Positions 8,913-18,125 of a stretch of 64,000 bases of DNA are shown here, in pieces; the stretch's first letter is position 1, and the number at the start of each line of letters is the position of its first letter. Source of the DNA: an uncultured virus (IMG/VR IMGVR_UViG_3300020603_000009) (lineage: Duplodnaviria > Heunggongvirae > Uroviricota > Caudoviricetes); the IMG/VR virus record IMGVR_UViG_3300020603_000009. One strand, 5' to 3'. A program made the position numbers and the translations under genes. The notes beneath the pieces were generated by a model, which saw only the letters and a program-made list of their open reading frames with translations, ran no database searches and was not told where the DNA came from.

Positions 8913-10598
8913 TCAGCCTAATAGGTCTTGTACAACGACAAGGCCATATAGGTCTGGACGTACCATCTTCTTGGCGTAGCGAGTCATAACACCCTTACGT
9001 GGTACGAAATCTTCAGTACCAAAGATGGTTGGTGTAACTTGTAGTGGGACATATGGAGCATATACGAATCCACTTTCAAGGAAACTATTGCCCTTACGAC
9101 CTACGAGAACAAGATTACGTGGGAAGTATGGATCAACGAATACATCCCATTTCTTGCTGAGTGAGCCAGCTTTAACAGCACCAACTGTACCCTTGGCATC
9201 ATCATGGACAACGTTTGCACGGAATCCAGTGGTGAATTCAAGTACGTTAGCAACTTCTGGACCGCAAACAACGAAGTTTGCACCACCACGAAGTGTCTTA
9301 CGGTGGATAGCGGCACTTACATCGTTGATTGTTTCAACGAGTGTTTCGTACCACATACTAACATTACCGGTGAAGTCGGCGCCACCTGGGTTTAGACCCA
9401 TATCGCCGGCAATTGGAGCACCGGTTGTACGATTTAAGAATTTACCTGGACGACGTGACCAGTATAGTGTTGCAGCGGTTGCACCACGAACAAGTTCACC
9501 AAGCATTTCTTGATCGATTTCAAGACCAATCTGTTCTGAGAGAATTGAAGTTAATTCAACTTCTGCATCGAGATTGTGGTAAGCGTTGAGATCTTGACCG
9601 AGTTCTGGTGTCCATTTTGCTTTAAGCTTGCGGCTCTTGGCAGTTACGGCAACACTGTCGACCTTGATATCAATTTCTGGCATATTTGCTTCACCTTCGA
9701 AGGTTACGAGTTGAGCAAATATAGCACCTTGAGTATCAGCAACATTACTGATTTCATCAGCAATAGGCCAGAATAGGGTGCGTGAACCAGCGTTGTCATC
9801 TAGATCTGTTGGCGAAACAGTTGTACTAGCAACAACTAGACGAACGTGTGTATAAGTATCGCCACCAACATCAACAAGACCGGTTGAGTCTGTTTTTGCT
9901 GTTAAACGACGAACAAGTGAACCGCTTGGTAGAGTACCACTTATAGCAATAAGACTACTTCTATCAAGACGAGTTAGAACACTGGTTGGAACAACGAATA
10001 CTGCTACATTTGTAGAACCGCTGACAAAATCAGCATCAAACTTACAAAGTTTATCAAGCTGACCACCAGCGCCGAATGTACCACTATCAACTAGAGTTAG
10101 TACAGCATCGCCTGAACCGGTTGGTAATGAATAACCTTGGTTTAATGCGCGTAGTGAATTTTCAGCATTTAGACCACCGAGGTTTACACCGCCAGTGATT
10201 TCTGAACCTACAACGCCACCACCGAATAGTGAACTACCACTTACAGCACCTGAACGAGTACGATCAAATTTAAAGTCAAGGAAGAAGATAAGGCCGCTTG
10301 GTAAACTCATTGGCTGTACGCTGACGAGTTCGTTAGCAATTAAGCTACCGAAAACACGGCGGACGATTGGGAATGCAACCGCAGCGAAACCTTCTACTTC
10401 ACCTCCTGACATTGTGTTCGCTTCACGTAATAGTTCTTGTGCTTGATTTTCTAAGAGACGAGCCATGGTTGCTTTAGTGCGATCATCGCCCATACCTTCT
10501 AATAGACCTGTATCTGACCATTTATTTAATAAAGCGCCGCCTTCTTTTTCAAGGTCGCGCTTAACGATACCTTCTGTTAATTTCTGAATAACTGACAT
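8913..10598 (-). CDS. Major capsid protein (T4 gp23-like)
   Basis: LVSVQPMSLPSGLIFFLDF, AKSRKLKAKWTPELGQDLNAYH, EIDQEML, YAPYVPL, GVMTRYA; SD AGGAG. Confidence 0.95.
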   Translation of the reverse strand: MSVIQKLTEGIVKRDLEKEGGALLNKWSDTGLLEGMGDDRTKATMARLLENQAQELLREANTMSGGEVEGFAAVAFPIVRRVFGSLIANELVSVQPMSLPSGLIFFLDFKFDRTRSGAVSGSSLFGGGVVGSEITGGVNLGGLNAENSLRALNQGYSLPTGSGDAVLTLVDSGTFGAGGQLDKLCKFDADFVSGSTNVAVFVVPTSVLTRLDRSSLIAISGTLPSGSLVRRLTAKTDSTGLVDVGGDTYTHVRLVVASTTVSPTDLDDNAGSRTLFWPIADEISNVADTQGAIFAQLVTFEGEANMPEIDIKVDSVAVTAKSRKLKAKWTPELGQDLNAYHNLDAEVELTSILSEQIGLEIDQEMLGELVRGATAATLYWSRRPGKFLNRTTGAPIAGDMGLNPGGADFTGNVSMWYETLVETINDVSAAIHRKTLRGGANFVVCGPEVANVLEFTTGFRANVVHDDAKGTVGAVKAGSLSKKWDVFVDPYFPRNLVLVGRKGNSFLESGFVYAPYVPLQVTPTIFGTEDFVPRKGVMTRYAKKMVRPDLYGLVVVQDLLG

Positions 10599-10627
10599 TT
10601 TGATAACTCCTGTGAATATATTTGGTA

Positions 10628-11887
10628 TTATTTAATACCGGCTAATTTTAACCAACGATCTTTATTTGGATCGTGTAGTTGTTCTGTTTGTTTGTGAGGC
10701 AGACGGAATGAACTCTTTTTACTAATCGCTTCATTCAATGATTTTGGTGAACGTTCTTTTTCAGCTGTGCCACCCACTGAATTGATTAGTGTTTCATATA
10801 CTGTTTTTGCTTCACCTACAGAATCAGCCTTTGAAATAGCTTCGACAATATGTGTTTTTTGTCGCTCATTCAAGGAGGCGCTTTTCAAGATCTGATTTTG
10901 ATAGAAAAGTTTGGCATTTAAAGCGTTAACTTCTTCAAGTTTTTTAAATGCTTCTGACATTTCTTCTATTGTGGAAGAGAATCTTTTATTTTCTTCCAAA
11001 AGTTTTTGAATTTGTGAATCTTTCTTTTCAACCAGTTTAATTGTATTCTGGTGTTCTTGTAGCAGTTTGGTTGATGTGCTCATCAATTCCTTAACTGTTG
11101 ATTCATTTACTTGTTTTTTTGTTTTTTTCTTTTTACCACCAGCGATACGAGCAGCAACAACATCGCCATAAGTTATTTTGTCTCGTGGTTCAGTCATGGC
11201 AGCTAATTTCTTTTGTTTAGCTGATAGTTTTTTCTTTTTCTTTTTTGCTTCGTCTAATTTTGATTCTTCATCTTCATCTTCGTCATCTGATTCTTCTTCG
11301 TCATCTGATTCTTCTTCGTCATCTGATTCTTCTTCGTCATCTGATTCTTCTTCGTCTTCGTCGTCTTCGTCTGATTCTTCATCTTCATCAGATTCTTCTT
11401 CTAAAAGTATTTCATCGATTTCTATACTTTCTTGAAGTGAAGCACCGGGAGATGGTTGATTCTGTAAGCCAGCTGGTGTTGGCATCATTTCAGAAGTATC
11501 TTCCTCTTCTTCTGCTTCTTTGCCGATCATTAAATCATCGGTTAGTTTTTGTAAATCTATTTCTACATCAATTACTTCATCATCATCGGGACAAGGACAA
11601 AGTTTTTCACCATCAGTTGCTGCTAATGGAATATCTTTTGCTGCACCGGCAACAAAAGCTTTATCAGTTGGATCATCGGGAGCGCCACCAAAATCAGTTG
11701 GTCCAGCAAGAGCGCCAGTTTGTGATGGATCTTCACCCGGTTTATCTTGTTCTAACAATTTTTCAACTGCTTCTTTGATCTGTGGAGCAAATTTTTCAAC
11801 AAGAGATGCTTGTGCACTTTTATAGGCTGAATCTCTTAAGGCTTGTGCGTCGACTATTGCTTGTTCTAATAGCTTTGAACTACTCAT
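10628..11887 (-). CDS. Prohead scaffolding/core protein (gp22-like)
   Basis: Acidic coiled-coil protein directly upstream of the MCP. Start moved to ATG 11887 (MSSSKLLEQAIVDA), which has SD AGGAG; ends RWLKLAGIK. Confidence 0.7.
   Translation of the reverse strand: MSSSKLLEQAIVDAQALRDSAYKSAQASLVEKFAPQIKEAVEKLLEQDKPGEDPSQTGALAGPTDFGGAPDDPTDKAFVAGAAKDIPLAATDGEKLCPCPDDDEVIDVEIDLQKLTDDLMIGKEAEEEEDTSEMMPTPAGLQNQPSPGASLQESIEIDEILLEEESDEDEESDEDDEDEEESDDEEESDDEEESDDEEESDDEDEDEESKLDEAKKKKKKLSAKQKKLAAMTEPRDKITYGDVVAARIAGGKKKKTKKQVNESTVKELMSTSTKLLQEHQNTIKLVEKKDSQIQKLLEENKRFSSTIEEMSEAFKKLEEVNALNAKLFYQNQILKSASLNERQKTHIVEAISKADSVGEAKTVYETLINSVGGTAEKERSPKSLNEAISKKSSFRLPHKQTEQLHDPNKDRWLKLAGIK
11262..11402. 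repeat. 18-bp tandem repeat encoding (EESDDE)n
   Basis: Unit TTCTTCGTCATCTGATTC is repeated with degenerate copies on both sides. Confidence 0.85.
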
Positions 11888-11965
11888 TAAAAATACTCCT
11901 GAAAATACACTTTTACTCAATTAAATAGTTTTATTTTTATCAACATACCACAAATATGCTGGAAA

Positions 11966-12517
11966 CTATAATTTCTTAATAAAACATTTAATTAAATTAC
12001 TATCTCCATCACTATCTTCTAGTGCTTGACCTATTACTTTTCCAAATAAATCGCGTTTTGTTCCAAACATAGTTCGCATTTTTGCTGCTTTTCCATGACC
12101 GCATTTTTCACTTGTAACGACCCAATCACCAGATTTTATTCTTCCAGTAATAAGCAGATATTCAGCACCCAATATTATTGGCTGATCTTTGCCTTTTAAT
12201 GTAGCACCAACAACACGGTGATCTTCTTCACGAACGCAAGGAACAGCTTTACCATTTTCCCACACAACAACTGTACCGGTTGGATATTCACCCAATAATT
12301 CAGTAGTTAAACCGGTTTCAAATATAGCACCAACAGTTGTTTGTTGAGAATATACATCAGCCCAGCGATTTGTTTCTGAACCAATCGTTCTTGACGCATC
12401 ACCTTCTGGTATTAATGTTCCAGTTATTTGTACTGAACCGCTAAAACTTACTGTTCCATCATTTAATAATTTGTGTATATGAGTGCTTCCACTTACTACA
12501 CTTAAACCTTTAGCCAT
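11966..12517 (-). CDS. Short fibre-associated protein with a peptidase G2 / intramolecular-chaperone-like C-terminal domain
   Basis: LIPEGDASRTIGSETNRWADVY fibre motif, then GTVVV...RVVG...IKSGDWVVTS...GKVIGQALE. Confidence 0.55.
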   Translation of the reverse strand: MAKGLSVVSGSTHIHKLLNDGTVSFSGSVQITGTLIPEGDASRTIGSETNRWADVYSQQTTVGAIFETGLTTELLGEYPTGTVVVWENGKAVPCVREEDHRVVGATLKGKDQPIILGAEYLLITGRIKSGDWVVTSEKCGHGKAAKMRTMFGTKRDLFGKVIGQALEDSDGDSNLIKCFIKKL

Positions 12518-12595
12518 TTTTTACTCGCTTCTTCAATAAATATGGAGCAATATTGCGTTTTAACCTAATAAATAGACATTTACAATAAAAACAAT

Positions 12596-12625
12596 AAAAA
12601 AACCGGCACCCCGAAGGATGCCGGT
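12596..12625 (-). terminator. Intrinsic terminator with UUCG tetraloop
   Basis: ACCGGCATCC-TTCG-GGGTGCCGGT followed by TTTTTT. Confidence 0.9.
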
Positions 12626-12651
12626 CTATAGTTTAATTAAAAACTATTATA

Positions 12652-14394
12652 TCATTCACCAAAGAATGGGCTTGGGAACCATTCATCACCTTCGCAGAAG
12701 TACCACTTATTAGCTTGGTCGAATCCAACTGCTTGTGCAGCTGCATGATTGGCAGCTTTTAAGTAGAAGAATCTACCATTATAAGTTGCTGGAGCAGCAG
12801 CCATGGTACTTAACAAAGCAGCATCAGCTGATACCGCAGCATCAAGAACGTTATCAACACCCTTGAATGAACCAACGCCACCAACAGTTAAGCTGTTAGC
12901 AATACTTACATCAGAAGCTAGACCAACTGTGAATACATCACCGTCTTTGCTTACTGAAGTTTCATTAACAACTGAAGAAACGCTGAAGTTATCAAGACGA
13001 GTTGATAATACAGCGTCAGCACTTGCGCGATCTGAGACTTCAGTTGCAAGAGCGGTTGATAGTGAAGCGTCAGCACTTGCGCGATCTGAGACTTCAGTTG
13101 CAAGAGCAGTGCTCAATGATGCATCGGCACTTGCACGATCTGAAACTTCAGTTGCAAGAGCGGTACTCAATGATGCATCACCACTTGCACGATCTGAAAC
13201 TTCAGTTGCAAGAGCAGTTGACAACGAAGCATCACCGCTTACACGATTTGAAACTTCAGCTGATACCGCAGTTGATGTTGCTGTGCTATAGCTAGCAATT
13301 GTACTTAATACACTTGTAGCAAAGTTTGGATCATCGCCAAGAGCTGCAGCCAATTCATTGAGTGTATCAAGTAATTCTGGAGCGTTATCGACTAGATCTG
13401 CAATTGCTTGATCTGTATAAGTTTCAGCAGCTGTTGATAGCGAAGCAACAGCACTTGCACGATCTGAGACTTCATTTGCAAGAGCAGTTGATAACGAAGC
13501 ATCACCACTTGCACGATCTGAGACTTCATTTGCAAGAGCAGTTGATAGTGAGGCGTCAGCACTTGCACGATCTGAAACTTCAGTTGCAAGAGCAGTTGAT
13601 AGTGAGGCGTCAGCACTTGCACGATCTGAAACTTCAGTTGCAAGAGCAGTTGATAGTGAGGCGTCAGCACTTGCACGATCTGAAACTTCAGTTGCAAGAC
13701 CGGTGCTTAATGATGCATCGGCACTTGCACGATCTGAAACTTCAGTTGCAAGACCGGTGCTTAATGAAGCGTCAGCACTTGCACGATCTGAAACTTCAGT
13801 TGCAAGAGCGGTTGATAGTGAAGCGTCAGCACTTGCGCGATCTGAAACTTCAGTTGCAAGAGCAGTTGATAGCGAAGCGTCACCAGTTACACGGCTTGAA
13901 ATTTCAGCTGACAAATCAACTGAAAGTGCATCTATATCACTAGCTATTGTACTAAAGAAGCTTGGATCATTATTGATAGCATCTGCTAATTCTTTTAGAG
14001 TATCTAAACTACTACCAACACCATCTAGAAGATTAGAAACTTCAGTACTGATTAGTGATTCTAATGAACTAACAGCTGATGATAAATTATTTGATGTATT
14101 AGCTGCTAAAGTGCTTAATACAGCTTGAACATCACTTTCACCTGCAACTGCTGGATTTACAACAACGTTTGAAGCAGCAAGTTTATCAACAGTAACTACG
14201 CCATTTTGATTAACTTGAAAAACGCGACCATCTACACTACCAGAACCAGCACCTGGTAAATCAACGGTAAGTGTACCGCTGATACTCATATTAACTGGTT
14301 TGTTTACACCAAACGCTACTTGACCATTTTCCATGATTTTAGCTACAACAGAGCTAGAACCTGAAATAACCGCAAAACCTTTTTGTTTTGACAT
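12652..14394 (-). CDS. Coiled-coil fibre (whisker/head-fibre-like) with 18-aa repeats
   Basis: Two LDTLxELAxAxxxDPxF fibre motifs, 9+5 repeats of ATEVSDRASADASLSTAL, small aromatic C-terminal domain; SD AGGAG. Confidence 0.75.
   Translation of the reverse strand: MSKQKGFAVISGSSSVVAKIMENGQVAFGVNKPVNMSISGTLTVDLPGAGSGSVDGRVFQVNQNGVVTVDKLAASNVVVNPAVAGESDVQAVLSTLAANTSNNLSSAVSSLESLISTEVSNLLDGVGSSLDTLKELADAINNDPSFFSTIASDIDALSVDLSAEISSRVTGDASLSTALATEVSDRASADASLSTALATEVSDRASADASLSTGLATEVSDRASADASLSTGLATEVSDRASADASLSTALATEVSDRASADASLSTALATEVSDRASADASLSTALANEVSDRASGDASLSTALANEVSDRASAVASLSTAAETYTDQAIADLVDNAPELLDTLNELAAALGDDPNFATSVLSTIASYSTATSTAVSAEVSNRVSGDASLSTALATEVSDRASGDASLSTALATEVSDRASADASLSTALATEVSDRASADASLSTALATEVSDRASADAVLSTRLDNFSVSSVVNETSVSKDGDVFTVGLASDVSIANSLTVGGVGSFKGVDNVLDAAVSADAALLSTMAAAPATYNGRFFYLKAANHAAAQAVGFDQANKWYFCEGDEWFPSPFFGE
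12993..13912. repeat. 54-bp tandem repeats in two blocks
   Basis: Unit GCACTTGCACGATCTGAAACTTCAGTTGCAAGAGCAGTTGATAGTGAGGCGTCA with synonymous variation; in frame with the fibre gene. Confidence 0.9.
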
Positions 14395-14482
14395 TTTAAG
14401 AATCTCCTATAAATAAAGAAAACATATTGGTCAGCACGGGCTGACGATATGTGATAATAATTAGTAATTAACTTAATTAAAA

Positions 14483-14516
14483 TCTATGCCTTTCTATGAC
14501 AAGAAAAGGCATTAGA
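14483..14516 (-). terminator. Intrinsic terminator after the S74-chaperone fibre gene
   Basis: ATGCCTTTTCT...AGAAAGGCAT stem on the coding strand followed by AGATTTT. Confidence 0.6.
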
Positions 14517-14520
14517 GGTT

Positions 14521-15630
14521 TTATTTATTTTCTAGTGCCGATATTCTTGTTTTTAAATTTTCATTTTCTTGTTTTAATTCTTTTACAGCTTCTATAAGAA
14601 TTGAAACAATTTCCGCATATCTTACACTTTTATAATCTTTTATTCCATTTAAGTAAACAAGTTCTGGATATATTTGTTCTACTTCTTGTGCTATTAATCC
14701 AATTTGATTTTTATTTTGTTCTTCTTCTGAAATAATAAATTCTTGATCGGTTGTATTATCCCATTTAAAATTAACACCTCTTAATTGAGATACAGAATTT
14801 AAAGCACCAGTTAAAGTTGTTATATTTTTCTTTAATCTTTGATCTGATGTTGCTGCTGTTATATCTCCGGTAGAAGATCTTCCAATAGCAGTATTTGTTC
14901 CAGCAACAAGAGTTCTTATTCTTAATGTTCCGCTTATATCTAATGTTTGAGCGGGAGAAGAGATTCCAATACCAACGCCACTATTTGTTATCCGCATTCT
15001 TTCTACGGCATTTGTTGAAAAACCTATTTGATCCGCTGTATCTCTAAATATTCCACAATTATTATCTCCATTCCAAGTTAGGGTTGGCGCTGCAGCTGTT
15101 CCGCCCAAATTAGACATTTGTATTTGAGCGCCACTAACTTGATTTACAAATCTAACAGCTTCTGCTCCATTTGTTGCTATACCTAATTGATTTATAGCTG
15201 CTCGATAGATTCCAGTATCAATACCCGAAGAACCAAAGCCATATGATACAGCAGAAACACTACCAATACTGGCTTGATAAGTATTTGAAACCAATGTTGA
15301 ACCGGTTATAGTTGTAAATCTTGCAGTTGAGCCAGATAAAATATTGGTTGTATAATTATAAGTGAGATTAGCTGATCCACTAAAAGTGCTGCCGCTATTA
15401 AATTGTATAGTTGTATCAGAACCTCCCGGTGGAGTAAGACCACCGGCAGAAGGTGGTAATCCAACAAAACTTGAAGCAGACAACGTTGTTACGTTTATTG
15501 TTGAAAAACTTGCTGCTGTTCCAGATAAACTATCTCCAACAATTACATTTCCGGAAATAGACAAACTGCCGGGAACACTTATCCCAGCAGAACTTGAAAT
15601 TTGTCCGTTTTTAACAATTATTGGAGCCAT
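14521..15630 (-). CDS. Fibre protein with a C-terminal intramolecular chaperone (peptidase S74 type)
   Basis: GGSDTTIQFN, ERMRITNSGVGIG, TSDQRLKKNI, GLIAQEVEQIYPELV, terminal coiled coil. Confidence 0.85.
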   Translation of the reverse strand: MAPIIVKNGQISSSAGISVPGSLSISGNVIVGDSLSGTAASFSTINVTTLSASSFVGLPPSAGGLTPPGGSDTTIQFNSGSTFSGSANLTYNYTTNILSGSTARFTTITGSTLVSNTYQASIGSVSAVSYGFGSSGIDTGIYRAAINQLGIATNGAEAVRFVNQVSGAQIQMSNLGGTAAAPTLTWNGDNNCGIFRDTADQIGFSTNAVERMRITNSGVGIGISSPAQTLDISGTLRIRTLVAGTNTAIGRSSTGDITAATSDQRLKKNITTLTGALNSVSQLRGVNFKWDNTTDQEFIISEEEQNKNQIGLIAQEVEQIYPELVYLNGIKDYKSVRYAEIVSILIEAVKELKQENENLKTRISALENK

Positions 15631-15673
15631 TAAATACCTATAGACAATTTATTACCTGTATATAGGTAGTTTT

Positions 15674-15877
15674 TTATTCTTCTTTTGGAGTTGCTGCTCT
15701 TTCTTTTTCCAATGCTCTTGCTTTTGCTCTACGCTTTGTATGTTCTGCTTGTGAAGGTTTTACGTAATATCTACGATCAAAACAATCTTCAACAATTCTC
15801 ATCTTTTTTGTTTTTTTGAGAAACTTTTTTATCATCTTCTCAACGTTGCCGTCAACTTCATCTAAACTTACTTTCAT
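15674..15877 (-). CDS. rpsU: Phage-encoded ribosomal protein bS21
   Basis: 67 aa, basic; NVEKMIKKFLKK...RRYYVKPS...KRRAK matches the bS21 pattern; SD GAGG. Confidence 0.8.
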   Translation of the reverse strand: MKVSLDEVDGNVEKMIKKFLKKTKKMRIVEDCFDRRYYVKPSQAEHTKRRAKARALEKERAATPKEE

Positions 15878-15894
15878 CTTTGCCTCTTATAACG

Positions 15895-16338
15895 CTAAAT
15901 AACGTTAAATTTCTTTCTACCAAACAATTTACTTATATCAACACCGGGATCGTTTGGCGATACTCCACCCAATGGATTTGCTACGCTTTCTTGAACGGTT
16001 GCTGGCGCTGGTTTTGTGTCCTTAAATACATCAATACCACCAATTTTCATAGACATGGTTTTATTGACTTCTGAGTTTTGTTTTTTAAACTCGCTTGCCA
16101 TTTCTTCTCTGTCTCGTTTTAGTTGTTCCAACAATTCATTGTTTTGAGGTGGTTTTTGTTTTGTTTGTTGTTGAACTGGTGCTGCTCTACTCTCTGTTAA
16201 TACAGGAAGAGCACCTTTTATAACTTCTTTTATAACTGCTGATAATAGTCCACTTTCGAGAAGTATTTCTTCAACACTTTCTTGAACACATTCTTTTACA
16301 ATTGGCTTAATTAATTCTTTTAATTCACTTTTTTTCAT
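15895..16338 (-). CDS. Hypothetical head-region protein
   Basis: MKKSELKELIKPIVKECVQE leader; C-terminal DPGVDISKLFG. Confidence 0.7.
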   Translation of the reverse strand: MKKSELKELIKPIVKECVQESVEEILLESGLLSAVIKEVIKGALPVLTESRAAPVQQQTKQKPPQNNELLEQLKRDREEMASEFKKQNSEVNKTMSMKIGGIDVFKDTKPAPATVQESVANPLGGVSPNDPGVDISKLFGRKKFNVI

Positions 16339-16514
16339 TAATCACCTAAATCTGCAGTTTGTCGATCTCTTAGATCTTCCCTTGGTAGGGACTTTCTAGA
16401 ATGGCTTGTTTCATCATCTTCTTCAAGAACTTCTTCTTCTAAATTTTCTTCTGCCATCAATTCGCTTAACTCTTCTTTTATAATTTGACGAAGTTTTTCT
16501 CGTGTTAATTTCAT
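16338..16514 (-). CDS. Small acidic protein (58 aa) with MKLTREKLRQIIKEE leader; not in the ORF track
   Basis: Read by hand: MKLTREKLRQIIKEELSELMAEENLEEEVLEEDDETSHSRKSLPREDLRDRQTADLGD; fills the gap, TAATG coupling to the next gene. Confidence 0.8.
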   Translation of the reverse strand: MKLTREKLRQIIKEELSELMAEENLEEEVLEEDDETSHSRKSLPREDLRDRQTADLGD

Positions 16515-16516
16515 AC

Positions 16517-17119
16517 TTATGTTCCTATTATGTCGTTTAATAATCGGTTTATTCTATCAGATTTATTGAAAATGTTTGGTGTTTTTTTGCTTTCTGAAAG
16601 ATTCATAAATGCACCAACTGTTGAAGGTTCACTAACGAAATCAAAACAAATAAGCTGGAAATCATCTTCAACATATGTTAGGCCAGCTTTTTCTTTTACA
16701 CTTCCAAGACCACGGCTTGAAATACCTAATTTAACACCACTTTCAACAAGAGATTTAAGTATTTGACCTGATGGGGTTGTTAATATTTTAACTTTACCCA
16801 TTACGTCTTTTCCGTTCCACCAAATGTCCGTAACGATGTGTGAAGCGTTCTTTAAATTGATTACACTCTCGTCTGGATGATCGAGTTCTCCAAGAGCACG
16901 ATTTTCAGCAACAAGTTTCTTATAGTTTTCTACTTCGCGGCGAAGGATGTTTTCTGGATATACACGACCATTACCATTTTTGGCGTCTGCTCGCTGCATA
17001 ACACCAGTAAGCATCATTCCACCGCTTTTAACAAATGCTTTATCGGCTTCTGTTAACAAATCTTGACAGACACCGCCTTCACAGAGTTCAAAATACTCTC
17101 TTAATAAAAACTGACTCAT
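16517..17119 (-). CDS. Prohead core protease (T4 gp21-like)
   Basis: NGNGRVYP, ALGELDHP, TPSGQIL, GISSRGLGS, DFVSEPST. Confidence 0.95.
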   Translation of the reverse strand: MSQFLLREYFELCEGGVCQDLLTEADKAFVKSGGMMLTGVMQRADAKNGNGRVYPENILRREVENYKKLVAENRALGELDHPDESVINLKNASHIVTDIWWNGKDVMGKVKILTTPSGQILKSLVESGVKLGISSRGLGSVKEKAGLTYVEDDFQLICFDFVSEPSTVGAFMNLSESKKTPNIFNKSDRINRLLNDIIGT

Positions 17120-18123
17120 ATTTTGACTCCTGTATATTTTTTCCAGTTATTATAGAAACTACTGTATGATTTAGATTCATGAGTTGGAGCCTTCAAAGCA
17201 TTCAATCTTGGATCTTGGGTGTGCTTTAAACTATTATACATTCTTTTACTTATAGCGAGTCTTCCCTCTTCATGTAAAGAATTTATTATAAAATCAATAA
17301 TAGTGGGAGGTATATAATTATATTTTTGTTTTATTGAATGTATTAATGATTTAATTATATAAGAATCAAAAAATTCAACATTTCTTTCTATTTGTCTCGC
17401 TGAAGGAACTGTTTCTTCATCAATTTGTTCAGATACTACAGTAAATGTTGGATTTTTTAAAATTCTTTCAGTGCTTATTAGATGTTTTAAAATTGTATTA
17501 ATATGTGTATCTGCTTGATTTTGTTGTTGTGCTGCTAAACTTTTAAAAAAATCACTGGACTTAAATGCTCGTGTTTTTTCTTGAAATAATAAATTAAAAG
17601 CTTCACCTGTCGTATCAGTCAGCAAATCACCAACTTTATCTACTATACCAATTTTTTTTGGTTCTGATAATAATAATTGTTTTTTTATTTCTAATGGTGC
17701 TGGTAAAGCACCAAAAGGCTCAAATTGTGTTTCTGAAGGTTTTTCGCCAGAAGGTAAACTTAATCTAGGTTCAACACGAGCAGTTGCTTTACCAACTTTA
17801 GCCGGTTCAGATTCTGGTGATATATCTACAACATCAGTAGAAAGTAATGTAGAACCAGGAACAGTTAGTGCTGTCGATGGTTCTTCTTCTGGTTCTTTTT
17901 GTGGTTCTTTTTGTGGTTCTTTATATCTTGTATACCAACTTCCAACACCACCGGATTTACCGGGATCTGGCATTCCAGAAAAAGATCTTTTTGCTTTTTT
18001 AAATAAATCCTTACCAAAGTTTTTTAAAGCAGAAAAAAGTTTTTCATCAATCTCTTCTTCGTTGATGAGATTGTTGAATTCCTCCTTTATGATTTGCTTT
18101 AATTGTTCTTCGGTAAGATTCAT
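17116..18123 (-). CDS. Hypothetical protein, candidate internal head protein
   Basis: MNLTEEQLKQIIKEE leader; KEPQKEPQKEPE repeat. Confidence 0.7.
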   Translation of the reverse strand: MNLTEEQLKQIIKEEFNNLINEEEIDEKLFSALKNFGKDLFKKAKRSFSGMPDPGKSGGVGSWYTRYKEPQKEPQKEPEEEPSTALTVPGSTLLSTDVVDISPESEPAKVGKATARVEPRLSLPSGEKPSETQFEPFGALPAPLEIKKQLLLSEPKKIGIVDKVGDLLTDTTGEAFNLLFQEKTRAFKSSDFFKSLAAQQQNQADTHINTILKHLISTERILKNPTFTVVSEQIDEETVPSARQIERNVEFFDSYIIKSLIHSIKQKYNYIPPTIIDFIINSLHEEGRLAISKRMYNSLKHTQDPRLNALKAPTHESKSYSSFYNNWKKYTGVKI

Positions 18124-18125
18124 AA

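Noticed and set aside
12547..12556. Palindrome GCAATATTGC in a leader
   Set aside because: It is a single short palindrome with no second copy noticed, compatible with chance.
12993..13912. 54-bp repeat array as a CRISPR array or DGR repeat
   Set aside because: Units are contiguous with no unique spacers, vary mainly at synonymous positions and translate in frame; no cas or reverse transcriptase gene is in the window.
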